Below are positions 50,491-64,000 of a DNA stretch of 64,000 bases, piece after piece. Where the stretch lies: NCBI RefSeq assembly GCF_000027125.1, contig NC_017626.1; one strand, written 5' to 3'. This DNA comes from Escherichia coli 042 (lineage in GTDB: Bacteria; Pseudomonadota; Gammaproteobacteria; Enterobacterales; Enterobacteriaceae). A program made the translations under genes and the position numbers. The notes under the pieces are model-generated. The model worked only from the letters and a program-made list of their open reading frames with translations. It made no database searches and was not told where the DNA came from. Position 1 is the stretch's first letter; every line of letters begins with the position of its first letter.

Positions 50491-50575
50491 AGAAAGTAGC
50501 GATCGGTTATAAAAGCCTTATAATAACGCCCCTAAAATTAGATTTGCCTGTTTGCGCCGCTATTCTGGAGAACCT

Positions 50576-51016
50576 ATGACCACCACAACGCCACAACGTA
50601 TTGGAGGCTGGTTGCTTGGCCCATTGGCCTGGCTTTTAGTCGCTCTGTTAAGTACGACGCTGGCGTTGTTGCTGTATACCGCTGCGTTATCTTCTCCGCA
50701 AACATTTCAAACGCTCGGCGAACAAGCACTGACGACACAAATCTTATGGGGCGTTTCTTTTATTACCGCTATCGCCATGTGGTATTACACACTGTGGTTG
50801 ACCATCGCTTTCTTTAAACGTCGGCGTTGTGTTCCTAAACACTATATTATCTGGCTGCTTATTTCCGTATTGCTGGCAGTAAAAGCGTTCGCTTTTTCAC
50901 CCGTGGAAGATGGCATAGCCGTTCGCCAGTTACTGTTTACTTTGTTGGCAACCGCATTGATCGTCCCCTATTTTAAACGCTCGTCGCGGGTGAAAGCGAC
51001 GTTTGTGAATCCGTAA
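50576..51016 (+). CDS. ydgK: DUF2569 inner membrane protein
   Basis: ORF 50552..51016; YdgK starts MTTTTPQRIG (146 aa). Confidence 0.88.
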   Translation: MTTTTPQRIGGWLLGPLAWLLVALLSTTLALLLYTAALSSPQTFQTLGEQALTTQILWGVSFITAIAMWYYTLWLTIAFFKRRRCVPKHYIIWLLISVLLAVKAFAFSPVEDGIAVRQLLFTLLATALIVPYFKRSSRVKATFVNP

Positions 51017-51092
51017 TAACCTTACAGTTAACCTGTTGTCGCCTGCTCTGGATTAACGGATAATAGGCGGCTTTTTTATTTCAGGCCGAAAA

Positions 51093-51673
51093 ATGACTGA
51101 CTACCTGTTACTGTTTGTCGGAACTGTACTGGTCAATAACTTTGTACTGGTCAAGTTTCTCGGTCTCTGTCCGTTTATGGGGGTTTCCAAAAAGCTGGAA
51201 ACCGCGATGGGCATGGGGCTGGCTACAACGTTTGTGATGACGCTGGCGTCTATTTGCGCCTGGCTTATCGATACGTGGATTTTGATCCCGCTTAATCTGA
51301 TTTACCTGCGCACCCTGGCGTTTATTCTGGTGATTGCTGTGGTTGTGCAGTTCACCGAGATGGTGGTGCGCAAAACCAGCCCGGTGCTTTACCGTCTGCT
51401 GGGGATTTTTTTGCCGCTTATCACCACCAACTGTGCAGTGCTCGGCGTGGCGTTGCTGAATATCAATCTCGGGCACAATTTCTTGCAGTCGGCGCTGTAC
51501 GGTTTTTCCGCCGCTGTCGGTTTCTCGCTGGTGATGGTGCTCTTCGCCGCCATCCGCGAACGCCTTGCTGTGGCTGATGTCCCGGCACCTTTTCGCGGTA
51601 ATGCCATTGCGTTAATTACCGCAGGTCTTATGTCTCTGGCCTTTATGGGCTTTAGTGGTTTGGTGAAGTTGTA

Positions 51674-51674
<1 letters not shown>
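51093..51674 (+). CDS. rsxA: Rnf/Rsx electron transport complex subunit A
   Basis: 193 aa; rsxABCDGE operon. Confidence 0.93.
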
Positions 51675-54470
<2,796 letters not shown>

Positions 54471-55529
54471 ATGGTATTCAGAATAGCTAGCTCCCCTTAT
54501 ACCCATAACCAGCGCCAGACATCGCGCATTATGCTGTTGGTGTTGCTCGCAGCCGTGCCAGGAATCGCAGCGCAACTGTGGTTTTTTGGTTGGGGTACTC
54601 TCGTTCAGATCCTGTTGGCGTCGGTCAGTGCTCTGTTAGCCGAAGCTCTCGTACTCAAACTACGCAAGCAGTCGGTAGCCGCAACGTTGAAAGATAACTC
54701 AGCATTGCTGACAGGCTTATTGCTGGCGGTAAGTATTCCCCCCCTCGCGCCATGGTGGATGGTCGTACTGGGTACGGTGTTTGCGGTGATCATCGCTAAA
54801 CAGTTGTATGGCGGTCTGGGGCAAAACCCGTTTAATCCGGCAATGATTGGTTATGTGGTCTTACTGATCTCCTTCCCGGTGCAGATGACCAGCTGGTTAC
54901 CGCCACATGAAATTGCGGTCAACATCCCTGGTTTTATCGACGCCATACAGGTTATTTTCAGCGGTCATACCGCCAGTGGTGGTGATATGAACACGCTACG
55001 CTTAGGTATTGATGGCATTAGTCAGGCGACACCGCTGGATACATTCAAAACCTCTGTCCGCGCAGGTCATTCGGTTGAACAGATTATGCAATATCCGATC
55101 TACAGCGGTATGCTGGCGGGCGCTGGTTGGCAATGGGTAAATCTCGCCTGGCTGGCTGGCGGCGTATGGTTGCTGTGGCAGAAAGCGATTCGCTGGCATA
55201 TTCCCCTCAGCTTCTTAGTAACGCTGGCGTTATGCGCAACGTTGGGCTGGTTGTTCTCACCAGAAACACTGGCATCACCGCAAATTCATCTGCTGTCTGG
55301 TGCGACTATGCTCGGCGCATTCTTTATTTTGACTGACCCGGTTACCGCTTCTACGACCAATCGTGGTCGTCTTATTTTCGGCGCGCTGGCGGGCTTATTA
55401 GTCTGGTTGATCCGCAGTTTCGGCGGCTATCCTGACGGCGTGGCTTTTGCCGTCCTGCTGGCGAACATCACGGTTCCTCTGATCGATTACTACACGCGTC
55501 CGCGCGTCTACGGCCATCGCAAAGGGTAA
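54471..55529 (+). CDS. rsxD: Rsx complex subunit D
   Basis: 352 aa membrane protein. Confidence 0.93.
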   Translation: MVFRIASSPYTHNQRQTSRIMLLVLLAAVPGIAAQLWFFGWGTLVQILLASVSALLAEALVLKLRKQSVAATLKDNSALLTGLLLAVSIPPLAPWWMVVLGTVFAVIIAKQLYGGLGQNPFNPAMIGYVVLLISFPVQMTSWLPPHEIAVNIPGFIDAIQVIFSGHTASGGDMNTLRLGIDGISQATPLDTFKTSVRAGHSVEQIMQYPIYSGMLAGAGWQWVNLAWLAGGVWLLWQKAIRWHIPLSFLVTLALCATLGWLFSPETLASPQIHLLSGATMLGAFFILTDPVTASTTNRGRLIFGALAGLLVWLIRSFGGYPDGVAFAVLLANITVPLIDYYTRPRVYGHRKG

Positions 55530-55532
55530 ACC

Positions 55533-56153
55533 ATGCTGAAAACTATCCGAAAACACGGCATTACACTGGCACTATTTGCAGCGGGTTCTACAGGGTTAAC
55601 TGCGGCCATCAACCAGATGACCAAAACGACAATTGCTGAACAAGCCAGTCTGCAACAAAAGGCGTTATTTGATCAGGTGCTGCCAGCCGAACGCTATAAC
55701 AATGCGCTGGCACAGAGTTGCTATCTGGTCACTGCGCCAGAGTTAGGTAAAGGTGAGCATCGGGTTTACATCGCCAAACAGGATGACAAACCGGTAGCCG
55801 CCGTTCTGGAAACAACCGCGCCAGATGGCTATTCCGGTGCGATTCAGCTGCTGGTGGGAGCCGATTTTAACGGCACGGTACTTGGCACGCGCGTGACAGA
55901 GCACCACGAAACGCCAGGGCTTGGCGATAAAATCGAACTGCGCCTTTCTGACTGGATCACCCATTTTGCGGGTAAAAAAATCAGTGGTGCGGATGATGCG
56001 CACTGGGCGGTGAAGAAAGATGGTGGTGATTTCGACCAGTTCACCGGCGCGACGATTACTCCCCGCGCGGTGGTTAATGCGGTAAAACGCGCCGGATTGT
56101 ACGCTCAGACGTTACCGTCACAACTTTCTCAACTTCCTGCCTGTGGAGAATAA
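55533..56153 (+). CDS. rsxG: Rsx complex subunit G
   Basis: 206 aa. Confidence 0.93.
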   Translation: MLKTIRKHGITLALFAAGSTGLTAAINQMTKTTIAEQASLQQKALFDQVLPAERYNNALAQSCYLVTAPELGKGEHRVYIAKQDDKPVAAVLETTAPDGYSGAIQLLVGADFNGTVLGTRVTEHHETPGLGDKIELRLSDWITHFAGKKISGADDAHWAVKKDGGDFDQFTGATITPRAVVNAVKRAGLYAQTLPSQLSQLPACGE

Positions 56154-56156
56154 AGC

Positions 56157-56852
56157 GTGAGCGAAATTAAAGACGTTATTGTTCAGGGGTTGTGGAAAAA
56201 CAACTCTGCGCTAGTCCAGCTGCTCGGCCTCTGTCCGCTATTGGCGGTCACGTCAACTGCCACTAACGCTCTGGGTTTAGGACTTGCGACTACGCTGGTA
56301 CTGACGCTGACCAACTTGACCATTTCGACGCTGCGTCACTGGACGCCAGCCGAGATCCGCATTCCCATTTACGTGATGATCATCGCCTCGGTGGTCAGCG
56401 CTGTACAGATGCTGATCAACGCCTACGCCTTTGGCCTGTATCAATCATTAGGGATTTTTATTCCGCTGATTGTCACTAACTGTATCGTTGTGGGCCGCGC
56501 TGAAGCCTTCGCCGCCAAAAAAGGTCCGGCGCTTTCGGCACTGGACGGCTTTTCAATTGGTATGGGCGCAACCTGCGCTATGTTCGTGCTGGGTTCACTA
56601 CGCGAAATAATCGGCAATGGCACGTTGTTTGACGGTGCAGATGCGCTGTTAGGTAGCTGGGCAAAAGTATTACGCGTGGAGATTTTCCACACCGACTCCC
56701 CTTTCCTGCTGGCGATGCTGCCACCTGGTGCATTTATTGGCCTGGGACTGATGCTGGCAGGGAAATACCTGATTGATGAAAGAATGAAAAAGCGCCGTAC
56801 TGAAGCAGCTGCCGAACGTGCATTGCCAAACGGTGAAACAGGGAATGTCTGA
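56157..56852 (+). CDS. rsxE: Rsx complex subunit E
   Basis: 231 aa. Confidence 0.93.
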
Positions 56853-57487
56853 TGAACAAAGCAAAACGCCTGGAGATCCTCACTCGCCTGCGTGAGAACA
56901 ATCCTCATCCCACCACTGAGCTTAATTTCAGTTCGCCTTTTGAATTGCTGATTGCCGTACTGCTTTCCGCTCAGGCGACCGATGTCAGTGTTAATAAGGC
57001 GACGGCGAAACTCTACCCGGTGGCTAATACACCTGCAGCGATGCTTGAACTGGGCGTCGAAGGGGTGAAAACCTATATCAAAACCATTGGGCTTTATAAC
57101 AGCAAAGCAGAAAATATCATCAAAACCTGCCGTATCTTACTGGAACAGCATAATGGCGAGGTTCCGGAAGATCGTGCTGCGCTTGAAGCCCTGCCTGGTG
57201 TAGGTCGTAAAACAGCCAACGTCGTATTAAACACTGCATTCGGCTGGCCGACTATTGCTGTCGACACGCACATTTTCCGCGTTTGTAATCGTACTCAATT
57301 TGCGCCGGGGAAAAACGTCGAACAAGTAGAAGAAAAGCTACTGAAAGTGGTTCCGGCAGAGTTTAAAGTCGACTGCCACCATTGGTTGATCCTGCACGGG
57401 CGTTATACCTGTATTGCCCGCAAGCCTCGCTGTGGCTCTTGTATTATTGAAGATCTTTGTGAATACAAAGAGAAAGTTGACATCTGA
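56852..57487 (+). CDS. nth: endonuclease III
   Basis: 211 aa; HhH and C-terminal 4Fe-4S Cys cluster. Confidence 0.95.
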   Translation: MNKAKRLEILTRLRENNPHPTTELNFSSPFELLIAVLLSAQATDVSVNKATAKLYPVANTPAAMLELGVEGVKTYIKTIGLYNSKAENIIKTCRILLEQHNGEVPEDRAALEALPGVGRKTANVVLNTAFGWPTIAVDTHIFRVCNRTQFAPGKNVEQVEEKLLKVVPAEFKVDCHHWLILHGRYTCIARKPRCGSCIIEDLCEYKEKVDI

Positions 57488-58097
57488 AGAAAAGGGGTAA
57501 CACCGATTACCCCATTGATAACCTTTCTTTATCCTCTTTTAAAACATCTTTTTAACGTCAATGATGCCATTGCTTAGCGTTATCATCAGGTAATCCGTTT
57601 GCGGATAACCAAAAATGCAGGTTAATTGTTTTTTTAATAGCGAAATTTTCTATTCATTCGTGATCAAGATCACGATGCTGTGGCAATGTAAAAACATTGC
57701 AAGAACTAGGTTAAAATCATTTAAATTTACACACGCAACAAATATTGACCTACAAAACATTACACTGGCTATTTTTCAGAAACTGGACTATCTCACTAGG
57801 AAAAACGCTAAATAGCAGAACATATCGCCGTTAAGCCATCATCCCCCTCTCAGGGTAGTGAAAAAATCTGCCGTTACGTTTTTTGAAAAATTTAACGCTG
57901 GATAACATTTCCCGGAATGGTTGAATTCCCCGCCTCAGTTATATGTAACAGATTATTACAAAGGACTTGTCTGAAAGTGCAAGATAGTGAACATTACCTG
58001 CCGTTTCCCCTCCCACTATAACAATTGCGCGTATGTTTTTTAGGCATAACGCGAGAAAGCACCCCCGTTAATATGGGATGTAAAAAAAGAGGTAAAA

Positions 58098-59600
58098 GTG
58101 TCCACTGCAAACCAAAAACCAACTGAAAGCGTCAGTTTGAACGCTTTCAAACAACCGAAGGCGTTCTATCTCATCTTCTCGATTGAGTTATGGGAACGTT
58201 TTGGTTATTACGGCCTACAAGGAATTATGGCTGTTTACCTGGTTAAACAACTGGGTATGTCTGAAGCGGATTCAATCACCCTTTTCTCTTCCTTTAGTGC
58301 CCTGGTTTATGGTCTGGTCGCTATCGGCGGCTGGTTAGGTGACAAGGTACTGGGTACTAAACGCGTAATTATGCTTGGCGCTATTGTGCTGGCGATTGGT
58401 TATGCTCTGGTTGCCTGGTCTGGTCACGACGCCGGTATCGTTTATATGGGTATGGCGGCTATTGCGGTCGGTAACGGCCTGTTTAAAGCTAACCCGTCTT
58501 CTCTGCTTTCTACATGCTATGAGAAAAACGACCCGCGTCTGGACGGTGCATTCACCATGTACTACATGTCCGTCAACATCGGCTCTTTCTTCTCTATGAT
58601 CGCCACCCCGTGGCTGGCCGCGAAATACGGCTGGAGTGTTGCGTTTGCGTTGAGCGTTGTAGGCCTGCTGATCACTATCGTTAACTTCGCCTTCTGCCAA
58701 CGCTGGGTTAAACAGTACGGTTCAAAACCAGACTTCGAGCCTATCAACTACCGTAACCTGCTGCTGACCATTATTGGTGTTGTGGCACTGATCGCTATCG
58801 CCACCTGGCTGCTGCACAATCAGGAAGTTGCGCGTATGGCGCTGGGCGTTGTTGCCTTCGGTATTGTGGTTATCTTCGGTAAAGAAGCCTTCGCGATGAA
58901 AGGTGCTGCGCGTCGTAAAATGATCGTTGCCTTCATCCTGATGCTCGAAGCCATTATCTTCTTCGTGCTGTACAGCCAGATGCCAACGTCACTGAACTTC
59001 TTTGCGATTCGTAACGTTGAGCACTCCATTCTGGGTCTGGCCGTAGAACCTGAGCAGTATCAGGCACTGAACCCGTTCTGGATCATCATCGGTAGTCCGA
59101 TTCTGGCCGCTATCTATAACAAGATGGGCGATACCCTGCCGATGCCAACCAAGTTTGCAATCGGCATGGTGATGTGTTCTGGTGCGTTCCTGATTCTGCC
59201 GCTGGGTGCGAAATTCGCGTCTGACGCTGGTATCGTGTCTGTAAGCTGGCTGGTCGCGAGCTATGGCCTGCAGAGTATCGGGGAACTGATGATCTCTGGT
59301 CTGGGTCTGGCAATGGTCGCACAACTCGTTCCGCAGCGTCTGATGGGCTTCATTATGGGTAGCTGGTTCCTGACCACTGCCGGTGCAAACCTGATTGGTG
59401 GTTATGTTGCGGGTATGATGGCTGTGCCGGATAACGTTACCGATCCGCTGATGTCACTGGAAGTCTATGGTCGCGTATTCTTGCAGATTGGTGTCGCTAC
59501 TGCCGTTATTGCAGTACTGATGCTGCTGACCGCGCCGAAACTGCACCGCATGACGCAGGATGACGCTGCAGACAAAGCGGCGAAAGCTGCTGTAGCGTAA
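58098..59600 (+). CDS. dtpA: proton-dependent di/tripeptide permease
   Basis: 500 aa POT-family transporter. Confidence 0.93.
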   Translation: MSTANQKPTESVSLNAFKQPKAFYLIFSIELWERFGYYGLQGIMAVYLVKQLGMSEADSITLFSSFSALVYGLVAIGGWLGDKVLGTKRVIMLGAIVLAIGYALVAWSGHDAGIVYMGMAAIAVGNGLFKANPSSLLSTCYEKNDPRLDGAFTMYYMSVNIGSFFSMIATPWLAAKYGWSVAFALSVVGLLITIVNFAFCQRWVKQYGSKPDFEPINYRNLLLTIIGVVALIAIATWLLHNQEVARMALGVVAFGIVVIFGKEAFAMKGAARRKMIVAFILMLEAIIFFVLYSQMPTSLNFFAIRNVEHSILGLAVEPEQYQALNPFWIIIGSPILAAIYNKMGDTLPMPTKFAIGMVMCSGAFLILPLGAKFASDAGIVSVSWLVASYGLQSIGELMISGLGLAMVAQLVPQRLMGFIMGSWFLTTAGANLIGGYVAGMMAVPDNVTDPLMSLEVYGRVFLQIGVATAVIAVLMLLTAPKLHRMTQDDAADKAAKAAVA

Positions 59601-59622
59601 AATTCAGGGAAACTCTTTTACA

Positions 59623-59656
59623 AGCCGCTAACTTTTCGTTAGCGGCTTTTTTTTTG
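59623..59656 (+). terminator. rho-independent terminator after dtpA
   Basis: agccgctaac-tttt-cgttagcggct followed by T9. Confidence 0.8.
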
Positions 59657-59705
59657 TTCAGCAACGCACTACCATACTTTAAACCACAGACAAAAGGAGT
59701 TACCG

Positions 59706-60311
59706 ATGAAATTGTTCTACAAACCGGGTGCCTGCTCTCTCGCTTCCCATATCACCCTGCGTGAGAGCGGAAAGGATTTTACGCTCGTCAGTGTGGATTT
59801 AATGAAAAAACGTCTCGAAAACGGTGACGATTACTTTGCCGTTAACCCTAAGGGACAGGTGCCTGCATTGCTGCTGGACGATGGTACTTTGCTGACGGAA
59901 GGCGTAGCAATTATGCAGTATCTTGCCGACAGCGTCCCCGACCGCCAGTTGCTGGCACCGGTAAACAGTATTTCCCGCTATAAAACCATCGAATGGCTGA
60001 ATTACATCGCCACCGAGCTGCATAAAGGCTTCACACCTCTGTTTCGCCCTGATACACCGGAAGAGTACAAACCAACAGTTCGCGCACAGCTGGAGAAGAA
60101 GCTGCAATATGTGAACGATGCTCTGAAGGATGAGCACTGGATCTGCGGGCAACGATTTACAATTGCTGATGCCTATCTGTTTACGGTTCTGCGCTGGGCA
60201 TACGCGGTGAAACTGAATCTGGAAGGGTTAGAGCACATTGCGGCATTTATGCAACGTATGGCTGAACGTCCGGAAGTACAAGACGCGCTGTCAGCGGAAG
60301 GCTTAAAGTAA
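59706..60311 (+). CDS. gstA: glutathione S-transferase
   Basis: 201 aa; [16 protein letters not shown]. Confidence 0.95.
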   Translation: MKLFYKPGACSLASHITLRESGKDFTLVSVDLMKKRLENGDDYFAVNPKGQVPALLLDDGTLLTEGVAIMQYLADSVPDRQLLAPVNSISRYKTIEWLNYIATELHKGFTPLFRPDTPEEYKPTVRAQLEKKLQYVNDALKDEHWICGQRFTIADAYLFTVLRWAYAVKLNLEGLEHIAAFMQRMAERPEVQDALSAEGLK

Positions 60312-60354
60312 TAGCCATCGGCCCACAGGTCGTTGTGGGCCGAAATGAGATATT

Positions 60355-61218
60355 TCAGAGCTTTGTTGCGCTGAAATAATGTTCTGGTTTGGCAATACGA
60401 TCCTGAGCAGCAACCACTTGCAGCTCATATTCCTGCATTGCTTTGGTGGTCACCATGATTTCGTATACTGCAGCGGTCACATGTTCCAGGGCCTCCTGCA
60501 GCGTTGCCCCCTGAAGCAGTTTCACCAGCAGTAAACCGCTCGTCACATCACCAACACCTACCGGCTGGCGCATACCAAAATCCACCAGCGGACGGCTGAT
60601 ATGCCAAGCTTCATCGGCGGTAACCAGCAGCATTTCAAAACGGTCACGGCTGTAGCCAGCCCGCGCCAGGTGTTTAACCAACACAATTTGTGGCCCTTGC
60701 GCAATGAGTTCACGCGCTGCCAGAACCGCTTCTTCGACGTTATTTACCGGATGCTCACAGAGTATCTCCAGCTCAACCAGATTCGGCGCAATGATATCGC
60801 TGGCAGGCAAACCGTGACGCACATGAAACTCTGCGACACCCGGTGCAACGATACAGCCTTTTTCCGGATGACCCATTACCGGATCGCAAAAATATTTCGC
60901 CTGCGGATTTGCTGCTTTCACCTGACGAACGATACCGAGAATATGTTCACCCTGCTCCGCCGAACCCAGATAGCCACTTAATACGGCATCACAGGTGTGT
61001 AATTTATCAATGGCGGCAATGCCTTGCACAATTTCGGTTAAATGGCTGGGCGGCATCACGCAGCCAGTCCATTTGCCGTATTGGGTGTGATTAGAAAATT
61101 GAACGGTGTTCAGCGGCCAGACGTTCGCGCCCAGGCGGCGCATCGGAAACTCTGCCGCACTGTTACCCGCATGACCATAAACAACGTGAGACTGGATAGC
61201 GAGAATATTTTTCATCAT
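60355..61218 (-). CDS. pdxY: pyridoxal kinase 2
   Basis: 287 aa. Confidence 0.93.
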   Translation of the reverse strand: MMKNILAIQSHVVYGHAGNSAAEFPMRRLGANVWPLNTVQFSNHTQYGKWTGCVMPPSHLTEIVQGIAAIDKLHTCDAVLSGYLGSAEQGEHILGIVRQVKAANPQAKYFCDPVMGHPEKGCIVAPGVAEFHVRHGLPASDIIAPNLVELEILCEHPVNNVEEAVLAARELIAQGPQIVLVKHLARAGYSRDRFEMLLVTADEAWHISRPLVDFGMRQPVGVGDVTSGLLLVKLLQGATLQEALEHVTAAVYEIMVTTKAMQEYELQVVAAQDRIAKPEHYFSATKL

Positions 61219-61237
61219 GTTCCCTGTATAAAAACCA

Positions 61238-61262
61238 GGGGGAGTGATTTCTCACTCCCCCT
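61238..61262 (-). terminator. terminator after tyrS (approximate)
   Basis: gggggagtga-tttc-tcactccccc hairpin followed by T-run on minus strand. Confidence 0.6.
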
Positions 61263-61276
61263 TTCCACTTAATGCA

Positions 61277-62551
61277 TTATTTCCAGCAAATCAGACAGTA
61301 ATTCTTTTTGCCGCGACGCAGTAAGGTAAAACGACCAAACAGACGATCTTCTTCTTTAAAGAAGTATTCAGGATCGGACTGTTTTTCACCGTTAATGGTG
61401 ATGGCATTGGAAGCGATAGTTTTACGCGCCTGACCACGAGAAGGTTGCAGTTCAGAATCGACCAGCGCCTGCATCAGGTCTGCGCCCTTTTCCATCTCAA
61501 CCATCGGTACGCCGTCCTGCGCCAGCTGTTCGAAGTCCGCTTCACTCAGCGCACTCAAGGAACCGCTGAACAGGCATTCGGTAATACGTTTTGCCGCCTG
61601 CAAACCTTCTTCACCATGCACCAGACGTGTCACCTGTTCCGCCAGTACATACTGGGCGCGCGGTGCTTTACCACTGTTTTTATCTTCTTCTTCCAGGGCG
61701 TTGATCTCTTCAATGCTCATAAAGGTGAAGAACTTCAGGAAGCGGTAAACGTCGGCATCCGCAGTGTTGATCCAGAACTGGTAGAATTTGTACGGGCTGG
61801 TTTTCTTCGGATCCAACCAGACTGCGCCGCCTTCAGTTTTACCAAATTTGGTGCCGTCTGCTTTAGTGATCAGCGGAACGGTCAGGCCAAACACCTGATT
61901 CTGATGCAGACGACGGGTCAGGTCGATACCAGAAGTGATGTTACCCCACTGGTCAGAACCACCAATTTGCAGCACCACACCGTACTGTTTGTTCAGACAG
62001 GCGAAGTCATAACCCTGCAACAGGTTGTAGGAAAACTCAGTGAACGAAATCCCCTGATCTTCACGGTTGAGACGCTGCTTAACCGCTTCTTTGTTGATCA
62101 TCTGGTTAACGGAGAAGTGTTTGCCAATATCGCGCAGGAAGGTCAGCACATTCATATTGCCGAACCAGTCATAGTTGTTCGCCGCGATAGCAGAGTTTTC
62201 TCCACAGTCGAAATCGAGGAACGGGGCAACCTGCTTGCGGATTTTGTCCACCCACTCCTGAACAGTTTCTTCGGTGTTCAGCTTACGCTCAGCAGCTTTG
62301 AAGCTCGGGTCGCCAATCAGACCCGTCGCGCCGCCTACCAGCGCAACCGGCTTGTGGCCCGCCTGCTGGAAGCGTTTCAGGCATAACAATGGAACAAGAT
62401 GCCCCAAATGCAAGCTGTCAGCGGTAGGATCGAAGCCGCAATAGAGCGCGATCGGGCCTTGCGCCAGTCGCTCTGCTAACGCTTCCTCGTCCGTCACCTG
62501 GGCTACCAGCCCCCGCTCTTGCAATTGTTTAATCAAGTTACTGCTTGCCAT
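61277..62551 (-). CDS. tyrS: tyrosyl-tRNA synthetase
   Basis: ORF 61277..62563; TyrS starts [10 protein letters not shown]; HLGH and KFGKT motifs. Confidence 0.95.
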
Positions 62552-62679
62552 CAAAATCTCCATGTATATAACGACTGCACCTTTGCCGGTACACGACTTT
62601 TCGCCAGATGCGAAAGAGACATAGAATAAAGTGCCAGAATCAGGAGTACCAGCGATTAAAGCAAGATTTTTGCATCTTT

Positions 62680-63336
62680 TCAGGGGGCAAGACGATCAAT
62701 CTTCCACGCATCATTTTCACGCTGGTACAAAAAGCGGTCATGCAGGCGATGCTCACCGCCCTGCCAGAACTCAATCTGTTCAAGGCTGACGCGAAAACCG
62801 CCCCAAAAACTCGGCAATGGCACTTCGCCCTGTTGAAACTTCTGCTTCAGCTCCAGGAATTTACTTTCAAGGATACCGCGGGCAGAAATGCGACTGGACT
62901 GCTTCGAAACCCATGCACCAATCTGGCTATCACGGGGGCGACTATGAAAATATTTCATCACTTCGAGAGTCGAAAGTCGTTCCGCTTTACCGATCACCAT
63001 CACTTGGCGCTCAAGGGTATGCCACGGGAACAGCAGGCTAACGCGCGGATTATTTTCGATTTGATGTGCTTTACGGCTGCCGAGGTTGGTGTAAAACACC
63101 ATGCCTTTTTCGTCGTAATGTTTGAGTAAAACGATGCGCTGATAAGGCTGACCATGTTCATCCACGGTAGCGACCACCATCGCGGTAGGGTCCGCCAGTT
63201 TGGCTTCACACGCCTGAGAGAGCCAGCGTTCAAAAAGGGTTAATGGATCGGCGGGAAGATCGCGGCGGCGTAATCCGCCTTTGGTGTATTCACGGCGCAG
63301 ATGCGCGATTTGCTGCAATTCGTCGTTATCAGACAT
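62680..63336 (-). CDS. pdxH: pyridoxine/pyridoxamine 5'-phosphate oxidase
   Basis: 218 aa. Confidence 0.95.
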
Positions 63337-63394
63337 GGTTTTCTTTACGGATTGTCAGTGGGTGACGCTATTGTGCGCCGCCCCTGGAAAAATC

Positions 63395-63724
63395 TCAACG
63401 CTGTGGATTTTGTAACTGACAGTTATTCAAGACGATGCGGTCGCGTTTATAGACAGTCGCTTCCTCGCCTTTCGACCAGAAAACATAGATCCCGTCGGTG
63501 TAACGTGCACCAGACGCAGAAATGCCCTGTTTGAGATGCAGTAGTTGATTATCGTAAACAAAACTGACTTCCTGGCGCGGATTATTCAGTTTGACCGTCA
63601 ACGGTTTTTCATCACACTGGTATTCCAGCGTATCGGTTTGCATGCGCTCAACCAGTTGATTGAACGCGCTACAGCCGGTGAGAAGGACCGGCAAACAGAT
63701 CAGTAACAGTTTTTTCATAGACAT
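63395..63724 (-). CDS. mliC: membrane-bound lysozyme inhibitor of C-type lysozyme
   Basis: 109 aa lipoprotein (LTGCSAF lipobox). Confidence 0.9.
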   Translation of the reverse strand: MSMKKLLLICLPVLLTGCSAFNQLVERMQTDTLEYQCDEKPLTVKLNNPRQEVSFVYDNQLLHLKQGISASGARYTDGIYVFWSKGEEATVYKRDRIVLNNCQLQNPQR

Positions 63725-63828
63725 ATCCCGAAGACTTTCCTGGTCTGGAGGGCAATACGCCCTCCCTAACGTTCCAAGTGTAACGGCAGACGCGGTAAGA
63801 AAAATTCAGTTAACTCTGATATCACGGG

Positions 63829-64000
63829 TTAGCGGGGAAAATAGCCCCGAGTACCGTCTCCTGGCTTGCGCCAGTGACGGAAGGCAGATTTCCTGGTAAT
63901 CCCGCCAGCGTCCGCCAGGCAAGCCAGGCGAAAGCCAATGCTTCCATGTCATCGCCACTAATGCCAACGGCATCGGTGGTGGTGACTTCTGTGCCTGGCA
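63829..64000 (-). CDS. anmK: anhydro-N-acetylmuramic acid kinase, 3' end only (window edge)
   Basis: Minus-strand reading frame ending ...GYFPR-stop at 63829; position matches K-12 anmK after mliC. Confidence 0.6.

Noticed and set aside
57488-58097. Long 610-bp intergenic region upstream of dtpA as a possible insertion or ncRNA locus
   Set aside because: The length and position agree with my recollection of the K-12 nth–dtpA interval; nothing I can see distinguishes it from ordinary 5' regulatory sequence.

Overview
This window is an Escherichia coli chromosomal segment, collinear with the K-12 clcB–anmK region (clcB, bioD2, mlc, ynfLM, asr, ydgD, mdtIJ, tqsA, pntBA, rstAB, tus, fumCA, manA, uidCBAR, hdhA, malIXY, add, rsxABCDGE, nth, dtpA, gstA, pdxY, tyrS, pdxH, mliC). 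Gene names come from my recollection of the K-12 protein sequences and gene order, not from a database search. The one accessory region is an ~11 kb integrative element (about 8512–19554) inserted inside the tqsA coding sequence, splitting it into a 5' stub and a 3' remainder. The element looks like a phage satellite or PICI-like island: P4-type tyrosine integrase, AlpA-like regulator, a divergent regulatory region with three direct repeats, a RecA-fold replication ATPase next to an iteron origin, SSB, a PerC-like regulator, lambda gpE-like major capsid and gpD-like decoration proteins, and a Nu1-like small-terminase homolog. The most unusual observation is that the Nu1-like gene is bracketed by two lambda-type cos sites in inverted, convergent orientation. 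No large terminase, portal, protease or tail genes are present, so a lambda-like cos helper phage is implied. No rRNA, tRNA, CRISPR array or IS element was recognised. Coordinates for non-ORF features are anchored to ORF frames where possible and may otherwise be off by 1–2 bp.
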